Origin: Octopus sinensis
Taxonomy: Eukaryota
Length of the DNA stretch: 52,046 bases
Direction of reading: 5' to 3'
NCBI RefSeq assembly: GCF_006345805.1
Contig: NW_021834256.1
Location: forward strand, 1 to 52,046
The translations under genes were made by a program, and so were the position numbers. The notes beneath the pieces were generated by a model. That model had not been told where the DNA came from and did not search any database. It saw only the letters and a program-made list of their open reading frames with translations. Below, in pieces: positions 23,587 through 35,558 of the stretch. Every line of letters starts with the position of its first letter. Positions within the stretch are counted from its first letter, which is position 1.

Positions 23587-24281
23587 TCTTTTCACTTTGA
23601 CCGGCAGATTTTAAAAATAATTTCTTTGTAACTAAACACTTTTAAACTTCGTATACTGGTAGAATGTGTTACATAAAACATCTTTTTCTCTTGGCTTTCT
23701 TGAGAAAATTCTGTAGTTTGTAAGCTATTTCTTGCTAAATTTCTTGCATTTCGGCAATTTCAACCAATCAATGACGTCTATTGAGGTGAATACAATTTCT
23801 GCTGTTTTAAAGATATTTTATGTAACACATTCTACCAGTATTTTTCTCTTAAAATAATTTCTTTGTAACTAAACACTTTTAAACTTCGTATACTGGTAGA
23901 ATGTGTTACATAAAACATCTTTTTCTCTTGGTTTTCTTGAGAAAATTCTGTAGTTTGTAAGCTATTTCTTGTTAAATTTCTTGCATTTCGGCAATTTCAA
24001 CCAATCAATGACGTCTATTGAGGTGAATACAATTTCTGCTGTTTTAAAAACATCTTTTTCTCTTGGCTTTCTTGAGAAAATTCTGTAGTTTGTAAGCTAT
24101 TTCTTGTTAAATTTCTTGCATTTCGGCAATTTCAACCAATCAATGACGTCTATTGAGGTGAATACAATTACTGCTGTTTTAAAGATGTTTTATGTGACAC
24201 ATTCTACCAGTATACGAAGTTTTAAAAGTGTTTAGTTACAAAGAAATTATTTTTTAAATCTGCCGGTCAAAGTGAAAAGAT
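23587..24281. repeat. Foldback: about 100-bp inverted arms around tandem (about 237 bp) MITE-derived units
   Basis: TCTTTTCACTTTGACCGGCAGATTT... and ...AAATCTGCCGGTCAAAGTGAAAAGA. Confidence 0.75.
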
Positions 24282-24672
24282 GGAAAACTATGGTGGTGTG
24301 TTGATAGTGAAAGTAGATTTTTTTTTGGAGTTAAGACTCTAATATTCTTCCGCTTGCTCCATGTGAGAATGAGTAAGAAATGAGTAAGAGAGTAGAGGCA
24401 TTATACTGTGATTCATGTGGGAAGTGAGAAGTGAAGAGAAAGAAACGTTGAAGACGGGAAGAGGGGAAATATTTGGCGAAAAAGTTTGCTGAAGAAGGAG
24501 AGGTGTCTGGGGAGAGCCATTTTTTTTTGTGGCTTTCAGAGAAATTTCAAAATGGTTATACTATATATTATTTGTGAGTGGAAGTGACACAACTTGGCAT
24601 AGTAAACATGCCAGCCAAATAAACCAGCAGATGATAGCTGTTGTGACAGATACTAAAATGAGAGGAAGATGT

Positions 24673-25306
24673 GAAAGCTAACGGGTTGTGTGTGTCTGTG
24701 TAAGAACAAATATGCAAAGCCTTTGGCTCATGAACGCACACACAGACACAGAGAAGAACAAGCACGCGCGCACACATACACAGACAAGAAGAAGCACGCA
24801 CGCACACACAGACACAGACTAGAACAAGCACGCACGCATAGATACAGACAAGAAGAAGCACGCACGCACACACAGACACAGAGAAGATAAGCACGCACGC
24901 ACACACAGACACAGACAGGAACAATCACGCACGCACATACGCAGACGACAACAAACACGCACGCAAACACAGATACAGACAACAACAATTACGCACGCAC
25001 ACACAGACACAGACAAGAACAAGCACGCACACACAGACACAGACGAGAACAGACACGCACGCACACACAGACACAGACAAGAACAAGCACGCACGCACAG
25101 ACACAGACAAGAACAAGCACGCACGCACACACAAACACAGACAAGAACAAGCACGCACACACATACACAGAGAAGAACAAGCACGCACGCACACACAGAC
25201 AAGATAAGCACGCATCTACACACATACAGACAAGAACAAGCACGCACTCACATACACAGACAACAACAAGCACGCACACACACACACACACAACCCGTTA
25301 GCTTTC
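24673..25306. repeat. CA-rich minisatellite (about 30-bp units) between perfect 23-bp inverted repeats
   Basis: GAAAGCTAACGGGTTGTGTGTGT ... ACACACACAACCCGTTAGCTTTC. Confidence 0.8.
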
Positions 25307-25354
25307 TCCTTCCTCCTCCCATTTTAGTAGCTGTCGCAGCAGCTGTAATCAGCT

Positions 25355-25446
25355 GTCACGGAGGTCACGAAGATATCCGAAGTGAACTGTCGAGTTGTCA
25401 CGGAGGTCACGAAGATATCCGAAGTGAACTGTCGAGTTGTCACGGA
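25355..25446 (+). repeat. 42-bp tandem repeat (2 units plus a partial)
   Basis: GTCACGGA at 25355, 25397 and 25439. Confidence 0.85.
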
Positions 25447-25543
25447 AACAACCGATTTCTTGCCATTGAATCGTCAAGTTAATCCGAAAAAATGCCTAAA
25501 TATATACATATATTTATATATATACACATATATATATATATAA

Positions 25544-25833
25544 GGTAATCTTTCGTCTCTAGTAGACCTTTCCGTCGATTTCCGTAAAAAACATTTTTTT
25601 TTTACATATGGGCTTGCGGGAACTTTTGAAGTTCACACACACACACACACACACACATGTACATCAATGCTTCCCATGCAGGGTAACTTCAAAAGAACTT
25701 CCCTCGACATACAATCGCTTTCTCTTAGTCTCTTTCGCTCTCATTACTTCAAAAGTTCCCGCAAGCCCATAGGTAAAAAAAAAAATGTTTTTTTACGGAA
25801 ATCGACGGAAAGGTCTACTAGAGACGAAAGATC

Positions 25834-25836
<3 letters not shown>
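25544..25836. mobile_element. Third copy of the same MITE
   Basis: About 80-bp TIRs, inserted in a (TA)n tract. Flanks ATATATAA and ATATATAT. Confidence 0.78.
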
Positions 25837-25861
<25 letters not shown>

Positions 25862-25872
<11 letters not shown>

Positions 25873-28800
25873 GACGGGCTTCTTTCAGTTTCCGTCTACC
25901 AAATCCACTCACAAGGCATTGGTCGGCCCGAGGCTATAGCAGAAGACACTTGCCCAAGGTGCCACGCAGTGGGACTGAACCCGGAACCATGTGGTTGGTC
26001 GATCCTACAACGACTAACCTAGCAAAGTAAATAAAACACAAAATAAATAATTTTTTAAACAAAGTAAAATAAAACACAAAAACACAAAGTAAGGATCGAC
26101 TAGTCACGACTAGCTAGCGTGACTATGCGAGTGCGCGTACCGGGACCACTCTTTTCTTAAGTAGTACCATTGTTTTGTTTTGATGGCTGGGTATTACAGA
26201 GAAAACATTGACCGTATTATGTTGAAATGAAGGTCAAGGACAAAAGGAAAGGTAGATGAGGCTTTAAATTTAGAGAAACGTTGAGTCACCTCGAATTCCA
26301 GAGGTCAAATGCACACTCAACTACTTCCGGGTTATTCTTATATATATTTGGTGGCAAGCTGGCAGAGTCGTTAGCACGCCGGGCGAAATGCGTAGCCGTA
26401 TTTCGTCTGCCGTTACGTTCTGGGTTCAAATTCCGCCGAGGTCGACTTTGCCTTTCATCCTTTTGGGGTCGAAAAATTAAGTACCAGTTACGCACTGGGG
26501 TTGACGTAATCGACTTAATCCGTTTGTCTGTCCTTGTTTGTCCCCTCTGTGTGTAGCCCCTTGTGGGTAATAAAGAAATAGGTATTTCGTCTGCCGCTAC
26601 GTTCTGAGTTCAAATTCCGCCGAGGTCGACTTTGCCTTTCATCCTTTCGGGGTCGATAAATTAAGTACCAGTTACACACTGGGGCCCATATAATCGACTT
26701 AATCCCTTTGTCCCCTCTGTGTTTAGCCTCTTGTGTGGGTAGTAAAGAAATAGGTATTTCGTCTGCCGCGAGTTCAAATTGCGCCGAGGTCGACTTTGCC
26801 TTTCATCCTTTCGGGGTCAATTAAATAAGTACCAGTTGCGCACTGGGGTCGATATAATCGACTTAATCCGTTTGTCTGTCCTTGTTTGTCCCCTCTGTGT
26901 TTAGCCCCTTGTGAGTAGTAAAGAAATATATTATATCTTGGTGGGCCACAAGTTAGACGTGTGATAAGGTTTCCTTTATTGGTTCTGTTTAACCCCAGGT
27001 CAGCTTAGAGGCTGCATACGAAATCTATAATCAAAACTGTTCTAGCCATGACCGCCTACTCTTTTATAGGACAACAAGCAGTATCACCCGGCGTTGCTCG
27101 GGTTTGTTTCGACCCTTTAGAATTGGAATTTTTGAAAAGTAAAAATTTTGCATTATGTAGCTTGTTATTCTCTTCAAGTGAACATTTTTCTGGTTGAAAT
27201 ACACCGAAAAAGGGCAACACAGCAGTCAAAAAATCGTGGGCAACCCTTATGCTAGAAATAGATCCGCTATGGTCTACCACTAAGAATGTTCTCAAGTTAG
27301 GTGTTTCCTAAAATTTTCTTGAGAAGTTGTAAGACCACAGCGGATCTACTTCTAGCATAAGGGTGTCCACATTGTGGTCACCCCTCTCATATGCACATAT
27401 ATATATATATATATTATATATATATACGACGGGCTTCTTTCAGTTTCCGTCTACCAAATCCACTCACAAGGCATTGGTCGGCCCGAGGCTATAGCAGAAG
27501 ACACTTGCCCAAGGTGCCACGCAGTGGGACTGAACCCGGAACCATGTGGTTGGTCGATCCTACAACGACTAACCTAGCAAAGTAAATAAAACACAAAATA
27601 AATAATTTTTTAAACAAAGTAAATAAAACACACAAAAAACACAGAGTAAGGATCGACTAGTCACGACTAGCTAGCGCGACTATGTGAGTGCGCGTACCGG
27701 GACCACTCTTTTCTTAAGTAGTACCATTGTTTTGTTTTGATGGCTGGGTATTACAGAGAAAACATTGACCGTATTATGTTGAAATGAAGGTCAAGGACAA
27801 AAGGAAAGTTAGATGAGGCTTTAAATTTAGAGAAACGTTGAGTCACCTCGAATTCCAGAGGTCAAATGCACACTCAACTACTGCCGGGTTATTCTTATAT
27901 ATATTTGGTGGCAAGCTGGCAGAGTCGTTAGCACGCCGGGCGAAATGCGTAGCCGTATTTCGTCTGCCGTTACGTTCTGGGTTCAAATTCCGCCGAGGTC
28001 GACTTTGCCTTTCATCCTTTCGGGGTCGAAAAATTAAGTACCAGTTACGCACTGGGGTTGACGTAATCGACTTAATCCGTTTGTCTGTCCTTGTTTGTCC
28101 CCTCTGTGTGTAGCCCCTTGTGGGTAATAAAGAAATAAGTATTTCGTCTGCCGCTACGTTCTGAGTTCAAATTCCGCCGAGGTCGACTTTGCCTTTCATC
28201 CTTTCGGGGTCGAAAAATTAAGTACCAGTTCGCACTGGGGTCGATGTAATCGACTTAATCCGTTTGTCTGTCCTTGTTTGTCCCCTCTGTGTGTAGCCCC
28301 TTGTGGGTAATAAAGAAATAGGTATTTCGTCTGCCGCTACGTTCTGAGTTCAAATTCCGCCGAGGTCGACTTGCCTTTCATCCTTTCGGGGTCGAAAAAT
28401 TAAGTACCAGTTACGCACTGGGGTCGATGTAATCGACTTAATCCGTTTGTCTGTCCTTGTTTGTCCCCTCTGTGTGTAGCCCCTTGTGGGTTGATAGGTA
28501 ATAAAGAAATAGGTATTTCGTCTGCCGCTACGTTCTGAGTTCAAATTCCGCCGAGGTCGACTTTGCCTTTCATCCTTTCGGGGTCGATAAATTAAGTACC
28601 AGTTACACACTGGGGCCCATATAATCGACTTAATCCCTTTGTCCCCTCTGTGTTTAGCCTCTTGTGTGGGTAGTAAAGAAATAGGTATTTCGTCTGCCGC
28701 TAGTTCTGAGTTCAAATTGCGCCGAGGTCGACTTTGCCTTTCATCCTTTCGGGGTCGATTAAATAAGTACCAGTTGCGCACTGGAGTCGATATAATCGAC

Positions 28801-29345
28801 TTAATCCGTTTGTCTGTCCTTGTTTGTCCCCTCTGTGTGTAGCCCCTTGTGAGTAGTAAAGAAATATATTATATCTTGGTGGGCCACAAGTTAGACGTGT
28901 GATAAGGTTTCCTTTATTGGTTCTGTTTAACCCCAGGTCAGCTTAGAGGCTGCATATGAAATCTATAATCAAAACTGTTCTAGCCATGACCGCCTACTCT
29001 TTTATAGGACAACAAGCAGTATCACCCGGCGTTGCTCGGGTTTGTTTCGACCCTTTAGAATTGGAATTTTTGAAAAGTAAAAATTTTGCATTATGTAGCT
29101 TGTTATTCTCTTCAAGTGAACATTTTTCTGGTTGAAATACACCGAAAAAGGGCGACACAGCAGTCAAAAAATCGTGGGCAACCCTTATGCTAGAAATAGA
29201 TCCGCTATGGTCTTACCACTAAGAAATGTTCTCAAGTTAGGTGTTTCCTAAAATTTTCTTGAGAAGTTGTAAGACCACAGCGGATCTACTTCTAGCATAA
29301 GGGTTGTCCACATTGTGGTCACCCCTCTCATATGCACATATATAT
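25862..29345 (+). repeat. Local tandem duplication (copy 1 about 25862-27412, copy 2 about 27413-29345)
   Basis: Identical ORFs are offset by 1555-1557 bp. The offset grows to about 1930 bp after extra SINE-B units in copy 2. Confidence 0.9.
27903..28866 (+). mobile_element. SINE family B (GGCGGCGAGCTGGCAG head, Nin/Deu-like core) with tandemly repeated body
   Basis: Core GCCTTTCATCCTTTCGGGGTCGATAAATTAAGTACCAG, body repeated about 5 times at about 175-190 bp. Similar multimers at 26345-26926 (+), 41937-42537 (+), 9160-9755 (-), 14404-14803 (-) and 22855-23262 (-). Monomers at 6826-7057, 38750-38976 and 44385-44585 (-). Confidence 0.85.
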
Positions 29346-29775
29346 ATATATATATATCTTTTACTCTTTTACTTGTTTCAGTCATTTGACTGCGGCCATG
29401 CTGGAGCACCGCCTTTAGTCGAGCAACTCGACCCCGGGACTTATTCTTTTGTAAGCCCAGTACTTATCCTATCGGTTCTCTTTTGCCGAACCGCTAAGTT
29501 ACGGGGACATAAACACACCAGCATCGGTTGTCAAGCAATATTAGGGGAACAAACACAACGGGATTCTTTCAGTTTCCGTCTACCAAATCCACTCACAAGG
29601 TTTTGGTTGGCCCGAGGCAATAGTAGAAGACACTTGCCCAAGGTGCCACGCAGTGGGACTGAACCCGGAACCATGTGGTTGGTTAGCAAGCTACTTACCA
29701 CACAGCCACTCCTGCGCCTATATATATTATATATATATATATATTATATATATATATATATATATATTTATATTA

Positions 29776-29805
<30 letters not shown>

Positions 29806-29806
<1 letters not shown>

Positions 29807-30438
29807 CTAGCAGTATCGGCCGGCGTTGCTCGGGTTTGTAAGGGAGATAACTATATAAGCATTATTAGAGAGTTATAGCCAAAAAATAGCCAAAAATGCA
29901 TTAAAATGGAAAAAATATGATGGTAATTTTTTTTTAAATCGTTGACTCATCGTCGACATTTTTAGAGAGTTACTTCCCTTATATAATAGCGAAAAAATGC
30001 ATTAAAATGGAAAAAAAACGATGGTAATTTTTTTAAATCGTAGACTCATGTAGACGCTTTCTTAGCCATTTCTGTTTTGGTGTCTTCAAGCCATGAAGTC
30101 GTTGATCTAAAAGAACGCTGGTCTCCTTGACAACGCTTTATGACGTTGATTTCCTTACACTCCCTTCCCCACAGGTGCAGGTGTGAGCGTGGACGCCAAC
30201 TCCGCCGCCATCGACACACGAAAAATTATGCATTAAAATGGAATAAAAAATTATGTTAAATTATTTTTAAAATCGTAGACTCATCGTAGACGCGCGCTAA
30301 TACTCAGACGGGCTCGATATGAATCACGACTATAAGATACCCGAATTTGGTTAAACTGCACTGCAAAATGTGGGAGTAGTTAGGAATCTAAATCGAAGGG
30401 GACAGACACTCACACAACTACAGTTTTATATATATAGA
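29806..30438 (+). mobile_element. Non-autonomous Helentron/Lep1/DINE-1-like element (HINE)
   Basis: Begins ACTAGCAGTATCGGCCGGCGTTGCTCGGGTTTG and ends GACAGACACTCACACAACTACAGTTTTATATATATAGAT. This terminal architecture resembles Lep1/DINE-1 elements. Confidence 0.65.
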
Positions 30439-30444
30439 TATACA

Positions 30445-30985
30445 TAGCGCAGTAGTGGTGAGATGTGACAGCAAAGAAAAGCATACATTCACTCTCTGCA
30501 TGCAATTAGACTCGGAAAGTTCGTGAGGAACCCATTGACCCAATTTGCTGACTTTTCCGATAGCACACAGGTCTCAATGAATGGTTGAATGACCAAATCC
30601 AAGCTTCTCTGCTAGTTCCTCAACAGTTACGATGAGATTTTGTTCCACCAGGGTTTTCAGGATGTCCTTGTCGAGTTCTACAGATCTTTCAGGATGAGGC
30701 TCGTCTTCTAGGCTGTAGTTATGGCTCGGATTTCTGGAACCACCATTGACACTGCCTTACGCTTATTGTCCAATCCCCATATACTGCATTAATATTTCTT
30801 GTACTTTCCGTTGCATTGTTGTCTTTATTGAACTCATAAAGCAAAATATGCCAAATATGCTCCTTTGTTACTTCCAATATAGCTTTGAAAAAAATAGCTG
30901 TTAAAATCGAAATGCACTCTTCAAAACTTGCACTATGAATAAGGACAAGATAAAATTACTACCTGCTTTTATAGCAAGTTAATAT
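30445..30985 (-). mobile_element. Mariner (Tc1/mariner) transposase fossil, N-terminal half
   Basis: xEVTKEHIWHILLYEFNKDNNATESTRNINAVYG..SVRQCQWWFQK / NYSLEDEPHPERSVELD..TVEELAEKLG..HSTIH*DL..KVSKLGQWVPHEL. WVPHEL is at 30534-30517. Confidence 0.9.
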
Positions 30986-31040
30986 AAGTAGTTTATTCCA
31001 TTCCCTTCTGACTTTTAGTTCAAGCATTATTATATATATA

Positions 31041-31072
<32 letters not shown>

Positions 31073-31464
31073 CACACACACTCTCTCTCTCACACACATG
31101 CACACATTTATATTCTGTTATTCTTTTATATGTTTCAGCCTTGAGGTTGTGGCCATGCTGGATCATGTGCGTGTGTATGTGTGTGTGTGTGTCTATCTGT
31201 CTGTCTGTCTGTATGTATGTATATATGTATATGTATGTGTGTGAACAATAATATTTTCAACAGATGTGTTGCAAATGTATCTGATTGTTCTCAAGCTTCA
31301 ATACTGTGTGTGTGTGTATGTGTGTGTGTGTGTATGTATGTATGTATATGTATGTATGTATGTATATGTATGTATGTATGTATGTGTGTATGTATGTATG
31401 TATGTGTGTGTGTATGTATGTATGTGTGTGTGTGTATGTGTGTGTATGTATGTATGTATGTATG

Positions 31465-31496
<32 letters not shown>

Positions 31497-32046
31497 AGTG
31501 TATGTTTACTTTATTACTAACACAAGCCAGTACGGTTATTTAATGTAAAGTCTTCTTCAAATCACTCTGTCGCTAATTTACTCTCTTCCAAGAACATTTT
31601 CACTCACTCTTATGTGTTAGCTTCCCATACATTTTACTCATGTATCTATCAGCGTGATAGACAGAAACAAATATTACATCTAGTTTCACTTTATTCGTTG
31701 GACACTGTGTGTGTGCGTTTGCGTGTGGTGTAAACCAGACTAAGAAAAGCATTTGACACACACACCAGAATGTGAGTTTTCTGTAAATTTTCCTTAATTG
31801 GAGTTTAAATTTTAAAAACTGGACCTGGCATGACGCGATGCATTGTACTCTCAAAAATGCTAGGTAAATTGTAATTGAAGAAATCCTATATTGTAGATTT
31901 GTATAACTCCCAAAGGGAGGCAGATAAAATCTGCCTTTTATAATAAGAGATATATTCATAAGGTACATATGTATATAAGGTGGCGAATACACGTTATAAA
32001 TATCACCACCCAGTGGCCTACCATGTAAAAAAAGTCAATAGACAAC

Positions 32047-32249
32047 ATATTCGTGTTTCAAAATAGAAAATTACCCTTTAACAGGTAATTTTTACATGCT
32101 AGAAATAGCAACCAACACGGCCAAAGGTTTTTATTTTCCATGTACTTCGAAATTTGCTATAAAATTGTGATTTTTTGGCCGTGTTGGCTGCTATTTCTAG
32201 CATGTAAAAATACTGTTAAGGGTAATTTTCTATTTTGAAATACGAATAT
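32047..32249. mobile_element. Foldback MITE with about 75-bp TIRs
   Basis: ATATTCGTGTTTCAAAATAGAAAATTACCCTT... and ...AAGGGTAATTTTCTATTTTGAAATACGAATAT. Confidence 0.7.
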
Positions 32250-33629
32250 ATATATATTATATATATATTATATATATATATATATATATATTTGTGTGTG
32301 TGTGTGTGTGTGTGGTGTGTGTATAAATGATTTATTTACTTAGTGGCTGTGTGGTAAGTAGCTGCTAACCAACCACATGGTTCTGGGTTCAGTCCCACTG
32401 CGTGGCATCTTGGGCAAGTGTCTTCTGCTATAGCCCCGGGCCGACCAAAGCCTTGTGAGTGGATTTGGTAGACGGAAACTGAAAGAAGCCTGTCGTATAT
32501 ATGTATATATATATGTATGTGTTTGTGTGTCTGTGTTTGTCCCCCTAGCATTGCTTGACAACCGATGCTGGTGTGCTTACGTCCCCGTCACTTAGCGGTT
32601 CGGCAAAAAGAGACCAATAGAATAAGTACTGGGCTTACAAAAGAATAAGTCCCGGGGTCGATTTGCTCGACTAAAGGCGGTGCTCCATCATGGCCGCAGT
32701 CAAATGACTGAAACAAGTAAAAGAGTGAAAGAAATTCGAAATAAGCATTAACCAAAAACGGGTAACTAGTCCAGTATAGGGATCTTGAAATTTATTGGGA
32801 GAGGGGAGATAACTAGGTTCTCATTCTTTAGACCGAAATATGTCGTGTCTCTTTGCTTTGGAATCGATTGGAATGGCACGTTTGGATTATGTATTGTTGG
32901 TCATGCGATATGTCACAAGAAGGCATGAAGGAGAGAGTTCCATGAACTATCGGACTACAGTCGTAGATTGGTGTAATTTCTGCCGTGAACTATGTGACGC
33001 TTTAGTTTGACCCAAAACCCATTAGAAATCAGCTGTGTTGATGGTAATACTCTTTTACTTGTTTCAATCATTTGACTGCGGCCATGCTGGAGCACCGCTT
33101 TTAATCGAGCAACTCGATCCCGGGACTTATTCTTTTGTAAGCCCAGTACTTATTCTATCGGTCTTTTTTGCCGAACCGCTAAGTGACGGTGACATAAACA
33201 CACCAGCATCGGTTGTCAAGCAATGCTAGAGGGACAAACACACACACACACACACATATATATATACGACAGGCTTCTTTCAGTTTCCGTCTACCAAATC
33301 CACTCACAAGGCTTTGGTCGGCCCGAGGCTATAGCAGAAGACACTAGCCCAAGGTGCCACGCAGTGGGACTGAACCTGGAACCATGTGGTTGGTAAACAA
33401 GCTACTTACCACACAGCCACGCCTGGGTCAAACTAAAGCTTTTTGACCCGGGTCGAAAAAAAAAATAGTGTAATATTTGTAAAACAACTCTAAACTAATA
33501 TGACAAAAAAAAAGTGCTCTGACGAAAGGGGGTGGAGGAGAGGCCTCGGATAATTCACATCGTGAATATTCCGAAAGCGTCTGACCCGGGCACAAAAGCA
33601 AAAAAAAAAACAACAAATATCTTACAAAC

Positions 33630-34312
33630 TATAGAATTTTCTCTACAAAGCCAAGAGAAAAAAGATGTTTTATAAACACATTCTACCAGTATACGAAGTT
33701 TAAAAGTGTTTAGTTACGTGGAAATTATTTTAAAAATCTGCCGGTCAAACCGAAAAGAACTTAGTATTATAATCTCTTACAGAACCTTTTCCCAAAAATT
33801 TGGGGGTTCCTTATATACGTTAAAATAGGGTAATTCGAGATATTCGGCTGCTATTTCTAGCACGTCCAGTGACCACTTAGCGGCTATATTGTTGCCTTGT
33901 TGCTGTCAATTATAGAATTTTCTCAATAAAGCCAAGAGAAAAAAGATGTTTTATAAACACATTCTACCAGTATACGAAGTTTAAAAGTGTTTAGTTACGT
34001 GGAAATTATTTTAAAAATCTGCCGGTCAAACCGAAAAGAACTTAGTATTATAATCTCTTACAGAACCTTTTCCCAAAAATTTGGGGGTTCCTTATATACG
34101 TTAAAATAGGGTAATTCGAGATATTCGGCTGCTATTTCTAGCACGTCCAGTGACCACTTAGCGGCTATATTGTTGCCTTGTTGCTGTCAATTATAGAATT
34201 TTCTCAATAAAGCCAAGAGAAAAAGATGTTTTATTTTGACAAATTCTACCAGAATACGAAGTTTAAAAGTGCTTAGTTACGTGGAAATTATTTTAAAAAA
34301 CCGAAAAGATCC
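33630..34312 (+). repeat. 281-bp tandem repeat (about 2.4 units) containing MITE 3' ends
   Basis: ATAGAATTTTCTC at 33631, 33912 and 34193. Confidence 0.85.
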
Positions 34313-35323
34313 CACCATTCTACCTGTCTCAGCAATTACTACTAACAATGAAGGGAACCCAAACTCAGATATTCTACTATTACATCTAATCCGTTAAAGG
34401 GATTTTGAAATTTAGTGGAGGAGGGAAGATAACTAGGTTCTCAGTCTTTAGACCGAAATATGTTCTAGTTGTAAAAATTGATGGAAATAAGTTTTTTTTC
34501 ATCGAAAATATCATCGCTGTGAGTGACGCCCAGGCCATTAAGGCTTTGTGGTTTAACAATACGTTGACTTACTAGTTTACTAGTATGTCAGCTTTACTAG
34601 TTAACTGCCACTTAATTTTTATTTCCTTTTTTAAGATCCCTATACTGAACGATTACCAAAAGAAAAAAAAATGGTTCAGAAATCCTACAGGAGTGGCTGT
34701 GTGGTAAGTAGCTTGCTTACCGACCACATGGTTCCGGGTTCAGTCCCACTGCGTGGCACCTTGGGCAAGTGTCTTCTACTATAGCCCCGGGCCGACCAAT
34801 GCCTTGTGAGTGGATTTCGTAGATGGAAACTGAAAGAAGCCTGTCGTATATATGTATATATATATATATATGTATGTTTGTGTGTTTGTGTTTGTCCCCC
34901 TAGCATTGCTTGACAACCGATGCTGGTGTGTTTATGTCCCCGTAACTTAGCGGTTCGGCAAAAGAGACCGATAGAATAAGTACTAGACTTCCAAAGAATA
35001 AGTCCCGGGGTCGATTTGCTCGACTAAAGGCGGTGCTCCAGCATGGCCGCAGTCAAATGACTGAAACAAGTAAAAGAGTAAGTAAATAATTTTTTAAACA
35101 AAGTAAATAAAACACAAAAACACAAAGTAAGGATCGACTAGTCACGACTAGCTAGAGTGGATGCGCGAGTACGCGAGTGCGCGCACCGGGACCACAGTTC
35201 TCAAGTAGAACCCATCATTTACTTCTTTTAAAAATGCAGACTTATGTAACTAAAAACTGATAATAAGGAATACAATTCCGAAATCCTCATTGATTTCTGG
35301 AAGTAAAGATCTATTTCCTTTCC

Positions 35324-35498
35324 GGCAATCTTTCGTCTCTAGTAGACCTTTCCGTCGATTTCCGTAAAAAACTTCTTTTGTTTTTACATATGGGCTTGCG
35401 GGAACTTTTGAAGTAATGAGAGCGAAAGAGACTAAGAGAAAGCGATTGTATGACGAGGGAAGTTCTTTTGAAGTTACCGTCCAGGGGAAGCATTGATG

Positions 35499-35558
<60 letters not shown>

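Noticed and set aside
31600-31992. 130-aa minus-strand ORF between the two genes
   Set aside because: No recognisable domain or convincing splice structure. It cannot be supported without a homology search.
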